Made by a program: the position numbers and the translations under genes
Notes under the pieces: generated by a model
Database searches by the model: none
Told to the model about the DNA's origin: nothing
Seen by the model: the letters and a program-made list of their open reading frames with translations, nothing else
From: Candidatus Kerfeldbacteria bacterium
GTDB lineage: Bacteria; Patescibacteriota; Patescibacteriia; SBBC01; CAIJZX01
Assembly: GCA_963731735.1 (NCBI GenBank)
Contig: CAVSWO010000002.1
Coordinates: 529 to 64,528, forward strand
DNA length: 64,000 nt
Direction of reading: 5' to 3'
Shown: positions 39,377 through 48,497 of the stretch, in pieces
Layout of the letters: each line of letters opens with the position of its first letter
Position numbering within the stretch: the stretch's first letter is position 1

Positions 39377-41500
39377 TTATGGAGCCAGCTCGCCAGCCGG
39401 TAATTTGCTTGGGCCTCCGCCGCCGCCAGATCCACTGGTGCAAAGGACTGGCTTAGTCAGCAGTAAATCTTCATAGGGCTGTCCTTTGGTATCATAGTAG
39501 AAGATCTTGTACCCATCACCGGTTGATGGCGTATAGCTGAAGGCCGGCAGGCACAGGGTAGTATTTATCGGAGTTGGCGCCACGTCACTCTCGGCCGTAT
39601 ATCCTCCCTGGAAATTCAGTTTGAGGTACGGCACATGGACGGGCGTGGTAATTGAACTGTCAACTACCGGCTGCACCATCAGCGGTTCAATTGTTCCGGA
39701 AGTGGTGGTCGAGGCGGAAACGGATTGGCTCGGGAAATGTATACTCCCTAACTGGTAGGTCCGCGCAAAGTTAAAGTTGAAGGTGCCTTCAAAAGATCCG
39801 GGATTGCCATCCGCGACGGTTGCGTTCGTAAAGTGAGTTACGTGGAGACCACGGTTGTAGCTCTGGGTGCAGCTGGTCTTAAGCGCGCGGTTGGTCAAGA
39901 ATATATCAGTGTACGGTTCGCCGTTTTGGTCGAAGTAGAAGGTGGTGTCACCTTCGCCCGTCGTGCCATTCAGGCTGTAGCTCGGGGTACAGGCCGTCAC
40001 ATTAAACGTCTGAGACGGTACGTTTGGATCAGCGCTGACCCAAAGATGCCCGGCTAAGTGCATGATCGTTTGAGGCACAATCACGGAACCCTCGATGTTT
40101 CCGGCTGTCGCATGAATGCCAAATGGTCCAATCGGGTTATAGGCACTGTTGTAATACGGTCCGGTTCCGTCAGCACTTAACCCGTACAGCAGGGTCTGAT
40201 CTTGGTACAGGTCGAAGTGACCCAGGCTGAAGTTTGATGGATCGGAGGCAATCACTTGTGACATGAGATGCAGGTCGGTAAAACTTGAAACCCGCAACAT
40301 GCGTTCACGTTTGGTCACGCAATCTTCGGTCACGACTGGCTGGGTTAAGAAGACATCGGAATAAGCGTTACCCCGGGTGTCAAAGAAGTAGCGGGCCGGT
40401 ACTTCGCTTTGGGTGACATCAACGGATGGCATACACAGCGTGGCTTGCTGTGATTCCCCCTGGTAGGGCGCGCCAGTGATTCGTATCAGCGCTTCGGGAG
40501 TCGTGTAATTGTCACCGAAGGTGAATTCCGGCATCAAGGTCAGCGGGGTGTCGCTTGGATAATCAACCACTTGGCTGCCATACGAAAAACCGTTGGCGAA
40601 GTTGTACAATCCAAGGTTAGCATTGCCGACTTGGAGGATATTCAGCGAGTGCGATAGTGTGCTCGGCAAAAACGAACCTTCCGTATTCGTGACGCTGGAA
40701 AATTTCAGTGACCGGTTTTTTATATCATCACAAGATTCGGACGTAGTTCGATTGGTTAGTTTACTGTCAGTGTAGGTTGAGCCATCGCTGCCAATATACA
40801 AACGAGATTCCGAGCTCTGGCCGATACACAGCGTCAAATAATCCGGACCCGAAGTTGCGTCCCGCATGTAACTAATAGTCACCATTTGGGCTGGAAATCC
40901 GAGCGGAGGATCTTCAATGGAAAATGGTGTAGCTTGTGCAGACGCCTCGGGTATTAAATATTTTTCAATCGGAGAACGATGACTGGGTGCCATGGCGGTG
41001 TTGCCCGGAGTCAACTCTATATAGACTGGGTAGGCACTGACCGGTACCTGTGCACTGGCTTCAGGTATCAACCATTGAGCGATTGTTGAACGACCGCTGG
41101 TCTCTTGATTGAGCGGGGGAAGCATGGAGACGGGTTGTGATTCAACATTTGGCGTAGCCTGAGACTCTCCCGCCGCCGAAGTTTGTGAATAAAACGTGTA
41201 CTGGCTATTGCCGACTTTGGCTTTGTAATACAGCGAAGCAAAAGCCTGATTTTGGTCCATCATCGAAACCGCATTAGAAATCACCGTGACTTTTAAGGGC
41301 TTATTTTTCGTTCCACCGCCTCCATTCCCGGAATCAAGCAATTTGGGAAAGGCCAACATCGCAAACCCCATAGCCAGCGCGCTCATGCCGATGGCCGTAC
41401 CTAAAAAAATACGGGTGGCGCTTAAGGCGATCCCCGTTGAGGTGGTTTGCTGGGTTGCTGACGAGACCTGATTCTTATCGGTATCGATGGTCAGTCGCAT
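39377..41500 (-). CDS. Large membrane-anchored surface protein with four internal repeats
   Basis: N-terminal TM; repeated C...Y/F-x-D-x-x-G-x-x-Y-x-D-x-x-LT motif; terminator hairpin at 39334-39360. Confidence 0.8.
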   Translation of the reverse strand: MRLTIDTDKNQVSSATQQTTSTGIALSATRIFLGTAIGMSALAMGFAMLAFPKLLDSGNGGGGTKNKPLKVTVISNAVSMMDQNQAFASLYYKAKVGNSQYTFYSQTSAAGESQATPNVESQPVSMLPPLNQETSGRSTIAQWLIPEASAQVPVSAYPVYIELTPGNTAMAPSHRSPIEKYLIPEASAQATPFSIEDPPLGFPAQMVTISYMRDATSGPDYLTLCIGQSSESRLYIGSDGSTYTDSKLTNRTTSESCDDIKNRSLKFSSVTNTEGSFLPSTLSHSLNILQVGNANLGLYNFANGFSYGSQVVDYPSDTPLTLMPEFTFGDNYTTPEALIRITGAPYQGESQQATLCMPSVDVTQSEVPARYFFDTRGNAYSDVFLTQPVVTEDCVTKRERMLRVSSFTDLHLMSQVIASDPSNFSLGHFDLYQDQTLLYGLSADGTGPYYNSAYNPIGPFGIHATAGNIEGSVIVPQTIMHLAGHLWVSADPNVPSQTFNVTACTPSYSLNGTTGEGDTTFYFDQNGEPYTDIFLTNRALKTSCTQSYNRGLHVTHFTNATVADGNPGSFEGTFNFNFARTYQLGSIHFPSQSVSASTTTSGTIEPLMVQPVVDSSITTPVHVPYLKLNFQGGYTAESDVAPTPINTTLCLPAFSYTPSTGDGYKIFYYDTKGQPYEDLLLTKPVLCTSGSGGGGGPSKLPAGELAP

Positions 41501-41580
41501 AAATGTATTTTATTGATTATTTCTTCTCTTCGACATCTAGTATAGCAAAAAATACACCGTTTGTCAATTTGCTCCTCGCC

Positions 41581-41910
41581 CTACCGATTATCGCCTGAAC
41601 CGTGGATTTGATTCCGTTCCAACCGCGACAGCAGTTTGTCTAAATTGGTCTGGGCGACGGCGTCCAGTTCCAGTCCCAGCTCGGTGGCTAACTGCGCCAA
41701 GTACCACAGCACATCACCCATTTCTTTTTGAATCTCTTGGCGAGTAACTTCGTCGATCTGGCCGCCTTTGTCCCGTAGGATCTTTTTAATTTTTTCAGCC
41801 ACCTCGCCGGCTTCGCCGACCAGGCCTAAGGTCGGGTAGACAAAGTTTTGACCGGCGTCAGGATATTTGGCGGTGGTTCGACTTGATTGTTGATAGCTTG
41901 AAAATTCCAT
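41581..41910 (-). CDS. MazG-like NTP pyrophosphohydrolase
   Basis: LGLVGEAGEVAEKIKK, EMGDVLWY, GSGDNR motifs. Confidence 0.92.
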   Translation of the reverse strand: MEFSSYQQSSRTTAKYPDAGQNFVYPTLGLVGEAGEVAEKIKKILRDKGGQIDEVTRQEIQKEMGDVLWYLAQLATELGLELDAVAQTNLDKLLSRLERNQIHGSGDNR

Positions 41911-41951
41911 GATTAAGAAATCAATGACAAGATTAGGTTGAGTATAGCATA

Positions 41952-42623
41952 TCAGGGTTCATAGTCTTTGGGCGCCGACGGCTGGTTACCCGGCATTCGT
42001 TCGATCGACAGCATCAGACCGTCCACTAGAATTTTTCCCAACACCACCGCCCACAGCGCGAACCAACCAAGGCTGACATGAACTACCAGCATCAGAAAAA
42101 CCGCCAATTCAACCACTGACGCGTGGATCAAGCTGGCCCGGAATATATCATGCGATACGATAAACCCACGACGTTGATTGAGCTCGCCCGCGACCCCGAT
42201 GATCAGGAGACTCACATTCATAAGGCCAAATGTCAGCAAGCCGGGGTCGGTGGAGGTTTCGGTAAACCATCGGACATGCCGAGCCCAGGTCGCGTCGGTC
42301 AAAAAGCTGAGCGCGACAGCTCCGCCGGTCCAGGCTAAGACCATTGAGCTGATCAGCCAGAGTGAGCCGAGGCTCAAAACCACCGCCCACAATACGTGGG
42401 CCGTGGCCGGGATATCCCAAGTAGCCAATTCAACTTCAACCGCCTGGTTTTCCCGGGCGTGAACTAAACCCCGTTTCAAAAGCGCCACACTTGTTATGAG
42501 GACGCCTTCCCACCAATATGCCAACCAGAGTGTTCCGACATCCCAATTTCCGGTCTGCACAAACACCAGTGGCAAGGCGTTGACGGCCAGCCAGAACCAC
42601 CGAGTTGGAGACTGCAGCGGCAT
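41952..42623 (-). CDS. Membrane protein, DUF6498-like
   Basis: LAVNALPL...W....LWLAYWWE and C-terminal VLGKILVD pattern. Confidence 0.6.
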   Translation of the reverse strand: MPLQSPTRWFWLAVNALPLVFVQTGNWDVGTLWLAYWWEGVLITSVALLKRGLVHARENQAVEVELATWDIPATAHVLWAVVLSLGSLWLISSMVLAWTGGAVALSFLTDATWARHVRWFTETSTDPGLLTFGLMNVSLLIIGVAGELNQRRGFIVSHDIFRASLIHASVVELAVFLMLVVHVSLGWFALWAVVLGKILVDGLMLSIERMPGNQPSAPKDYEP

Positions 42624-42718
42624 GATAGGTTCAGCCTAGCAGTCTGCCGCGCTTTTGCCTAGCCGATTATTTGCAGGCGCTTTTTGGGCGCATATATCCA
42701 AGTTTATCGCGGCTGGAC

Positions 42719-42746
42719 TTGACAATATTTCCTACCGGTGTATACT
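42719..42746 (+). promoter_or_regulatory. Sigma70 promoter
   Basis: TTGACA-16-TATACT. Confidence 0.75.
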
Positions 42747-42751
42747 GGCGG

Positions 42752-43361
42752 TTGTCTTTACAGGCCATCTTTGCGTCGCCCATGGGGTGCCGGGAGGGAT
42801 AGTCGCTCATCGAAGCGAGCAATTATCGAAGCGGTTGCGCTTCTCTCTCGGCCCCCGGGCGGCCGTCGAACGACATCCCCGCGGGGCGGGGCGCTGGGAC
42901 CTGCGCGGTCTCGACCTGAATTCCAACTTCGAGTTGGAATGAAGCCAGGGATCTGCGCGCCAGAGCCTGCCATCAGGTTCCAGCCCCCGCCGTGGTGGAT
43001 GCTTCCGTTCACGCACGCGAGCCGAACGCAGGACGACAAGAGTCCTGAAAACTGCTCGCGCGAACCGGCGAGGGTTCGGGGCTTCCGTGCGCCCCACCCT
43101 CGTCCGGTCTAAGACTTCTTCCTCGATCCTTCAGCTTTCAGCTTCGCCTTCCCGGTCTGCTTCCGGCAGACCACCGTGATTCACGGCGCAACCGAGACAG
43201 CGCCGCCACCATCAACGGAAGAAAGGAGGTGACCAATGAAAGGCCGCTCTCCGCTCTCGGGTAACCGGTAGCGCGCGGCGAATACGCTCTCACATTCGGG
43301 CCACCGCCCAATCACAATTTGACGAGCCTCCCCCGTTTCCTCGGAACCGGGGGAGTTTTTT
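42752..43361 (+). ncRNA. Candidate ~600-nt multidomain structured ncRNA
   Basis: Own promoter and terminator, more than 15 stems, no credible long ORF. Confidence 0.65.
43328..43361 (+). terminator. Intrinsic terminator
   Basis: CTCCCCCG...CGGGGGAG stem followed by TTTTTT. Confidence 0.88.
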
Positions 43362-43427
43362 CTATTTGACGAATGGAGCGGCTTCCGTTAGAGTGCCGTT
43401 GCTCTTTTCCTTCGACCCGGAGGTTGC

Positions 43428-43775
43428 ATGACCGTTATTCGGAAGTTCGGCCCAACCCGTTTTCGTGAGTACGAAGTCGTGGCGGGCGACGAAGTCATGA
43501 CCATCAGCCAGAGCGGCGTTTCATTCAAGCTGGCCTACTTGCCGGAACTGCCTTTCACACGGTATTACGTCTGGTTCAGCTACATCAAGAGTGCCAGGGA
43601 AAACGAGTATATGCTCTCGTGCCATTACCGGTTGCGGGATGGCAAGGATCGACCGAACATGATCCAAATCATCGGCTCGTTTGCAAGCCTGACCGATGCC
43701 CAGGATTTCCTGCGCGGCGTGGCCCCGCTGCTGCCCGAGCTGCCGGCCGACCAACTCCCGAACAACCAGTCCTAG
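43428..43775 (+). CDS. Hypothetical protein
   Basis: TTGACG-17-TAGAGT promoter, GGAGGT SD. Confidence 0.65.
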   Translation: MTVIRKFGPTRFREYEVVAGDEVMTISQSGVSFKLAYLPELPFTRYYVWFSYIKSARENEYMLSCHYRLRDGKDRPNMIQIIGSFASLTDAQDFLRGVAPLLPELPADQLPNNQS

Positions 43776-43781
43776 CCCCGG

Positions 43782-44372
43782 CTAGGACTTTTTTTCTGCC
43801 GGCAGAACGGCTGCCAATTTTTCTACCGTCGTGAAGACGTGGGTTTGAAACCCGAGTGAGCCGGCGAACGAAGACACCTCTGCCGAATGATCAATCAGCA
43901 AACAATCCGACGGTTGGTAGGCGCCTTTCTGTAACAGCAACTTATAAAATTCCTGATCATGTTTGGTCAGACCGAGATCGCAGGAAAATAACAAGGTGTC
44001 AAAAAATTCCGGCAAATTATAGGCGGTCCGGATGGCATTTTTCTTATCCGGCGAACAATCGGTGGCCAAGCCCAAGGCGACTTGCCCGTGAAGCATGTTG
44101 ATCAACCCCCAGACTTCCCGATTCGGATCAACGTGGAGAAAATATTTTTTTCCCGCCACTACCGCCTGGTTTCCAAACAATCGTTCAACCATCGCCCAAA
44201 AATCTTCCGGCGGCAAACTCCCGGTCATGTAGGCGTAACTATGCTGCTCGAGTTCTGCGCTAATCGCTTGGTGATCTGTCTGTCCGGCGACTTGGCCGAT
44301 CGCCTGCATCAAACCGGTGAAGGTTCGCCGGTCGAGCACGCCGTGATAATCGAAATATATGATCTTGGCCAT
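43782..44372 (-). CDS. HAD-superfamily hydrolase-like protein (degenerate motifs)
   Basis: IYFDYHGVL, FSCDLGLTK, CLLIDHS; leaderless start. Confidence 0.75.
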   Translation of the reverse strand: MAKIIYFDYHGVLDRRTFTGLMQAIGQVAGQTDHQAISAELEQHSYAYMTGSLPPEDFWAMVERLFGNQAVVAGKKYFLHVDPNREVWGLINMLHGQVALGLATDCSPDKKNAIRTAYNLPEFFDTLLFSCDLGLTKHDQEFYKLLLQKGAYQPSDCLLIDHSAEVSSFAGSLGFQTHVFTTVEKLAAVLPAEKKS

Positions 44373-44472
44373 GGCGATAGTTTAGCACCGCGTTGACATT
44401 TGGGCGAGGTATGCTAGCGTCAAGTCAAGCAGCTCATTCGCAGCCTATCTCTTGGCCAAAACACGAGGAGCC

Positions 44473-44793
44473 ATGATCGAGCACGTCAAGCTGTTTGACT
44501 ACGCGCACGACGGAGCCTGTTTCCTGCACACCCGTGAAGGTTCAACGCTCTGGATTGCGCATCGCAATTTCCAGTTCCGTTTATTCACGCGCTTGAACCT
44601 CCGGATCCGGCCCAACGACCGGGTCAGTCTGACCTATCACGCCGGCGCCATCCAGCTGATCGTCGGGCAGCAATCGGCCGACCAATGTCGGACCATCGCC
44701 CTGGCCGAAGCCGAACTGACGCCGCGTTTGGCGAGCTGGATCGACCGAGCCAATCTCTACCTGGGATCGTCCCAGCCCCCGGTGCTACCGTAA
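44473..44793 (+). CDS. Hypothetical protein
   Basis: TTGACA promoter at 44393, GAGGAG SD. Confidence 0.6.
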   Translation: MIEHVKLFDYAHDGACFLHTREGSTLWIAHRNFQFRLFTRLNLRIRPNDRVSLTYHAGAIQLIVGQQSADQCRTIALAEAELTPRLASWIDRANLYLGSSQPPVLP

Positions 44794-44824
44794 GCACCGG
44801 GGTATTTTTATAAAAAAACGGAGC

Positions 44825-45055
44825 TCATGACGAGCTCCGAGACTTCTGAAAGAACGGCCAGCCGGTCTGCGCGAGAATTTCCCCGTAGATGGCCAACCCG
44901 ATGACAATCGCCACTCCGTTCCAGGTCAGGACTTGGCCGAACATCAGCAGGAAGATGATGGCAACAACTTCGAGCGTGCCGCCGATGGCCAAGTACTGGT
45001 TGGGCGGAAAATTTCCCTGCGCCTCCAAATCACGATAGGTCCGCGATCCTAACAT
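44825..45055 (-). CDS. Small two-TM protein
   Basis: AGGAGG SD; -10 box adjoins repeat copy 1. Confidence 0.65.
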   Translation of the reverse strand: MLGSRTYRDLEAQGNFPPNQYLAIGGTLEVVAIIFLLMFGQVLTWNGVAIVIGLAIYGEILAQTGWPFFQKSRSSS

Positions 45056-45394
45056 TATCTCCTCCTAGGTGTGTGGGTAGTGGGAGTATACCACAATCCC
45101 CCCCCCAACCTCCGCGCGGCCGGCGCGGTACATTAAATTTCGTGAGAGTCAAGAATTATTCGACGGAAATATTAGTTCAAGTCTACTATCACAAAAACAC
45201 TCGCAGAAGTAAGAAAACTCCCGAGACGGCAGAGCCAAGTAGGAGTACTGAAGGGACGCCGACCAGACGGCGCAGTTCCAATGAAATCGATTGTTTGGTT
45301 TTGAAGGCAAACCGGTATTGACAAAAAACGGTTTTTTTGCTAGCCTGCTTGGTCAGTTAAATGACGTCAAAATCTAAACAATCTGGAGGATACG

Positions 45395-45598
45395 ATGTTC
45401 ATTCCTGTGCTTCTCCTCGCCCTGGCTACCGGTAGTGGCATTGCGCTGGGATATGGAACGCATAGCGCCGCCATCGGCTGGGCCGCTTCTTTCGGCCTCC
45501 TGATGCTCGCCGTGAGCATTATTCAGATCATGCACTACTTGGATGCCATCCTGGATTCCCAGCAGGCCATCCGCGAACTCATCAGGAATCGGATGTAG
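45395..45598 (+). CDS. Small membrane protein
   Basis: TTGACA-17-TAGCCT promoter, GGAGG SD, terminator near 45626-45655. Confidence 0.65.
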   Translation: MFIPVLLLALATGSGIALGYGTHSAAIGWAASFGLLMLAVSIIQIMHYLDAILDSQQAIRELIRNRM

Positions 45599-45821
45599 AA
45601 CCTTCCGACCAGGCCAACAAACTTTGGGAGCCCCCTCGGGGACTCCCTCTTTTTTACAACCTTCTTAAAAACTTTGGTCGAGGCTCCACCTGCTTTGTCT
45701 AGGCTTGACTAGTCACAAATAAACCGCTATCCTGTGCAAGCTCTCTTCCGACTGGATGGGAGTCTTGTTCATCACTTGTCTCGGAGATACTTGCCGGGAC
45801 GCTTCTCCAGGGGGCTTTACC

Positions 45822-46610
45822 ATGAAGCGTTGCAAACTGCTGGGGGCATTTTCCATCCTGCTGATGCTGACCCTGCCCCTCTCGGCCTTCGCGGCCACGC
45901 TGACCGTCACGCCGAGCGCACCGCTCGGCTGGGGTCCGCAGAACGTGACCGGTGGCGGCACCGTCGCCATCACCACCACCTACCCGCGGACGACCGACGG
46001 TTCGCTTCAGTTCACGGGTTCCAGCGGCAGCTCCAAGGCCGACTACGAGCTCGACAACCTCAATCCCGGCGGCTTCGGGCTAGTCAAGGACATCACGTCC
46101 GTCGGCTACGAATTCTACCGGAACAGCTCGAGCAGCAACCCGGCGGTTCAGGCTCCGGCCATGCGGCTCGGCGTCTACGATCCGGTTTCGGGTGCCGCTT
46201 CGCTGCTGATCTACGAACCGGTTTACAACGGCTACCCGTCGTCGGTTCCGACCGACAGCTGGGTGACGATCGACGGTCTCAATGGGAACTGGTGGATGCG
46301 TGCTTTCGGCTCGCCCTCCTGCTCGTACGAGATCTACGACATCACCCTGGCCGAGTGGGCGACCAATTCGAACAACGGCAATCCGTTGCAGCCGTACAAC
46401 GGTTGCACACCGAACCCGGTCGGTCCGAACGCCTGGGTCTACGCCATCAACGTGGGTATCGGTTCCGGCTGGAACGGCGCCTTCGACGGCGCGGTCGACA
46501 ACGTTACCCTCGGGTTCAATGGCCTGTCGGTGACCTACAACTTCGAACCGGATCTGCCGACCCCGGATTCCAAGACCTCTTGGGGTCGGCTCAAGACCAT
46601 CTACCGCTAA
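45822..46610 (+). CDS. Secreted beta-rich protein with a C-terminal TSWGRLKTIYR tail
   Basis: Signal peptide ending AFA; high GC3; hairpin at 46632-46660. Confidence 0.8.
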   Translation: MKRCKLLGAFSILLMLTLPLSAFAATLTVTPSAPLGWGPQNVTGGGTVAITTTYPRTTDGSLQFTGSSGSSKADYELDNLNPGGFGLVKDITSVGYEFYRNSSSSNPAVQAPAMRLGVYDPVSGAASLLIYEPVYNGYPSSVPTDSWVTIDGLNGNWWMRAFGSPSCSYEIYDITLAEWATNSNNGNPLQPYNGCTPNPVGPNAWVYAINVGIGSGWNGAFDGAVDNVTLGFNGLSVTYNFEPDLPTPDSKTSWGRLKTIYR

Positions 46611-46716
46611 CCTAGCTGCACCTTCAACACCCCGGCCGTTGCGCGAAGCGCAACGGCCGGTCTTCTAATCCCCCAACCTTCGCCCGGACTGGGTCAGACC
46701 GCAGGCTGGAGTTGGA

Positions 46717-47136
46717 CTAATTTCCTTGTATCGCCTTTACAATTTCGTCGATGACTCCCTCCGAAACTTTCCGCTCTGTCCCCCGTTCATAATGACTACC
46801 GAAAGCCTTGTCCTCAAACAGTTCACCGGCGAACGTAACCGGTTTGTTATATCTCGGCCGAACGTGCCAATGCACGTGCGGATTCGGAGGATCGTTCCGA
46901 TAGGCGTGATTCATTAAGCAGGTCCAGTTGAACATCGTTGCACCGAATGCTTTCTTGCATGCGGATTCGAGTTGTTTCACCACCTGCGAAAAATCATTCC
47001 ATTGATCCGCAGTCAGGTTGGACATGGATCCAACTGGCTCCTTGCATACCACGATGCAACGACCGAGATAGGTTTGGTCGTCATTTTTTAGTAAGACTTT
47101 CCAATGCGGAGTTTCGAAGATCAGGTACTGCTTCAT
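46717..47136 (-). CDS. HIT family protein
   Basis: PHVHWHVRPRY histidine triad. Confidence 0.88.
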   Translation of the reverse strand: MKQYLIFETPHWKVLLKNDDQTYLGRCIVVCKEPVGSMSNLTADQWNDFSQVVKQLESACKKAFGATMFNWTCLMNHAYRNDPPNPHVHWHVRPRYNKPVTFAGELFEDKAFGSHYERGTERKVSEGVIDEIVKAIQGN

Positions 47137-47201
47137 GGTATTGAGTATACCACACCCCCAACCTTCGCCCGGCCGGGGTCACTGTGAAGGCGCGGTTAGA
47201 A

Positions 47202-47969
47202 TCATCGAATACTACGAATCCACTTTTTCAATAGTTCTTTTATTTCAGCCAAATGTCGCGGATCGATAAATGTGTGGGGTGCGCCAGCGATTGTATGAAT
47301 TTCTTTTGAACCAGGGATGGCATCAAAAAACATTTTTTGGTGCTCAGGCGGCGTAGCGTCATCAAGTTCACCAGCCAAAAGAAACACGGGCATGGTCAAT
47401 TTCCCTGCCTCGGGGAGTAAATCATATTTTAGCCGATCGGCTAGGTGAGACCATTTCAGGCGTTTGATCACGCCCGGCATTGTTCTACTCGGCCTCACGC
47501 GCCAGCCAGTAGCTTCCCAATCGCGCAAATCCTCAGGTGTATGCGTGTCAAGAGAAAGCCTGCCTGAAACGACTGTCGAGATTGGCGCCAAAGCCATAAC
47601 TTCCCGTGGAAATTTTTCGGCATAGAGTGCCACGCAAATTCCTCCAAGGCTATGCCCAGCTAATGCGAATGGCTCACGATACCATTTCTGCGTTTTTGCC
47701 CACGCGATCACCGTTTCCAAGTCCTCATAGTAACTCGTAATCGTCGCGTCCTCATAGTTCCCCTCGCTCTCCCCGAACGTATCTCGCGCGTCAAAAAGCA
47801 CGACCGTATACCCTGACTCTTTCCAAGCGTCGGCCAGTGTTTTAATGTGCTGTTGTTCCTTATTGCCTCCTAACCCATGCATCACAAATGCCAGCCCTTT
47901 CTGATTCGGTACTTCCTCAACCAACACCGCAATTTTTTCGCCCTTACTATTTTGGATGAGGGTTTTCAT
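47202..47969 (-). CDS. Alpha/beta hydrolase
   Basis: HGLGG, GHSLGG, GELDD, GAPH motifs. Confidence 0.9.
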   Translation of the reverse strand: MKTLIQNSKGEKIAVLVEEVPNQKGLAFVMHGLGGNKEQQHIKTLADAWKESGYTVVLFDARDTFGESEGNYEDATITSYYEDLETVIAWAKTQKWYREPFALAGHSLGGICVALYAEKFPREVMALAPISTVVSGRLSLDTHTPEDLRDWEATGWRVRPSRTMPGVIKRLKWSHLADRLKYDLLPEAGKLTMPVFLLAGELDDATPPEHQKMFFDAIPGSKEIHTIAGAPHTFIDPRHLAEIKELLKKWIRSIR

Positions 47970-48089
47970 GACTCAAGTATACCACAATCCCACCCAACCT
48001 CCGCCCGGCCGGCGTTAACTTGCGGGTGGGGGCTGGGCTTGACGCTGCAATGCTCTGGGCGTACCCTAATCGCAGGTGGCACAGAATCT

Positions 48090-48497
48090 ATGCCGCCTGT
48101 TCGTACAAGCCATAAATTAGCCGCCAGACGAAAAGCACTCCGGCACTCAATGACCGAACCGGAGATATTTTTATGGTCTCATCTGAAGAATCGTAAATTG
48201 CTTGGTTATAAGTTCAGGCGTCAACACAGTATCGGTCAATATATTCTCGATTTTTATTGTCATGAATTGTATCTAGCGGTTGAAGTTGATGGTTCGCAAC
48301 ATTTTGAACCGGCGGCTCAACGATACGACCGTCTACGCACAGAATATCTCGAGTCATTGAAGGTACAAGTTGTTCGGTACACGAACAGTGATGTGCTGAA
48401 TAATCTCGATAGGGTCTTGGAAAATCTCATGCAGGTGATTCGGCGGCGGCGAGTTCGACCTCCCCGGCGCTCGACTTCTCGCGCCACCCCTCCCTAA
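48090..48497 (+). CDS. DUF559 (Vsr-like) endonuclease domain protein
   Basis: LRHSMTEPE..LW, KFRRQHSIGQYILDFYC, VEVDGSQH, D..RT motifs. Confidence 0.9.
   Translation: MPPVRTSHKLAARRKALRHSMTEPEIFLWSHLKNRKLLGYKFRRQHSIGQYILDFYCHELYLAVEVDGSQHFEPAAQRYDRLRTEYLESLKVQVVRYTNSDVLNNLDRVLENLMQVIRRRRVRPPRRSTSRATPP

Noticed and set aside
42752-43361. RNase P RNA, tmRNA, group II intron, or the overlapping ORFs 42655-43112
   Set aside because: Hallmark motifs were not found by eye; the ORFs are Arg/Pro/Gly-rich readings of GC stems without RBS.
45734-46615. 293-aa Arg-rich ORF
   Set aside because: Alternate-frame artefact of the high-GC3 secreted-protein gene.
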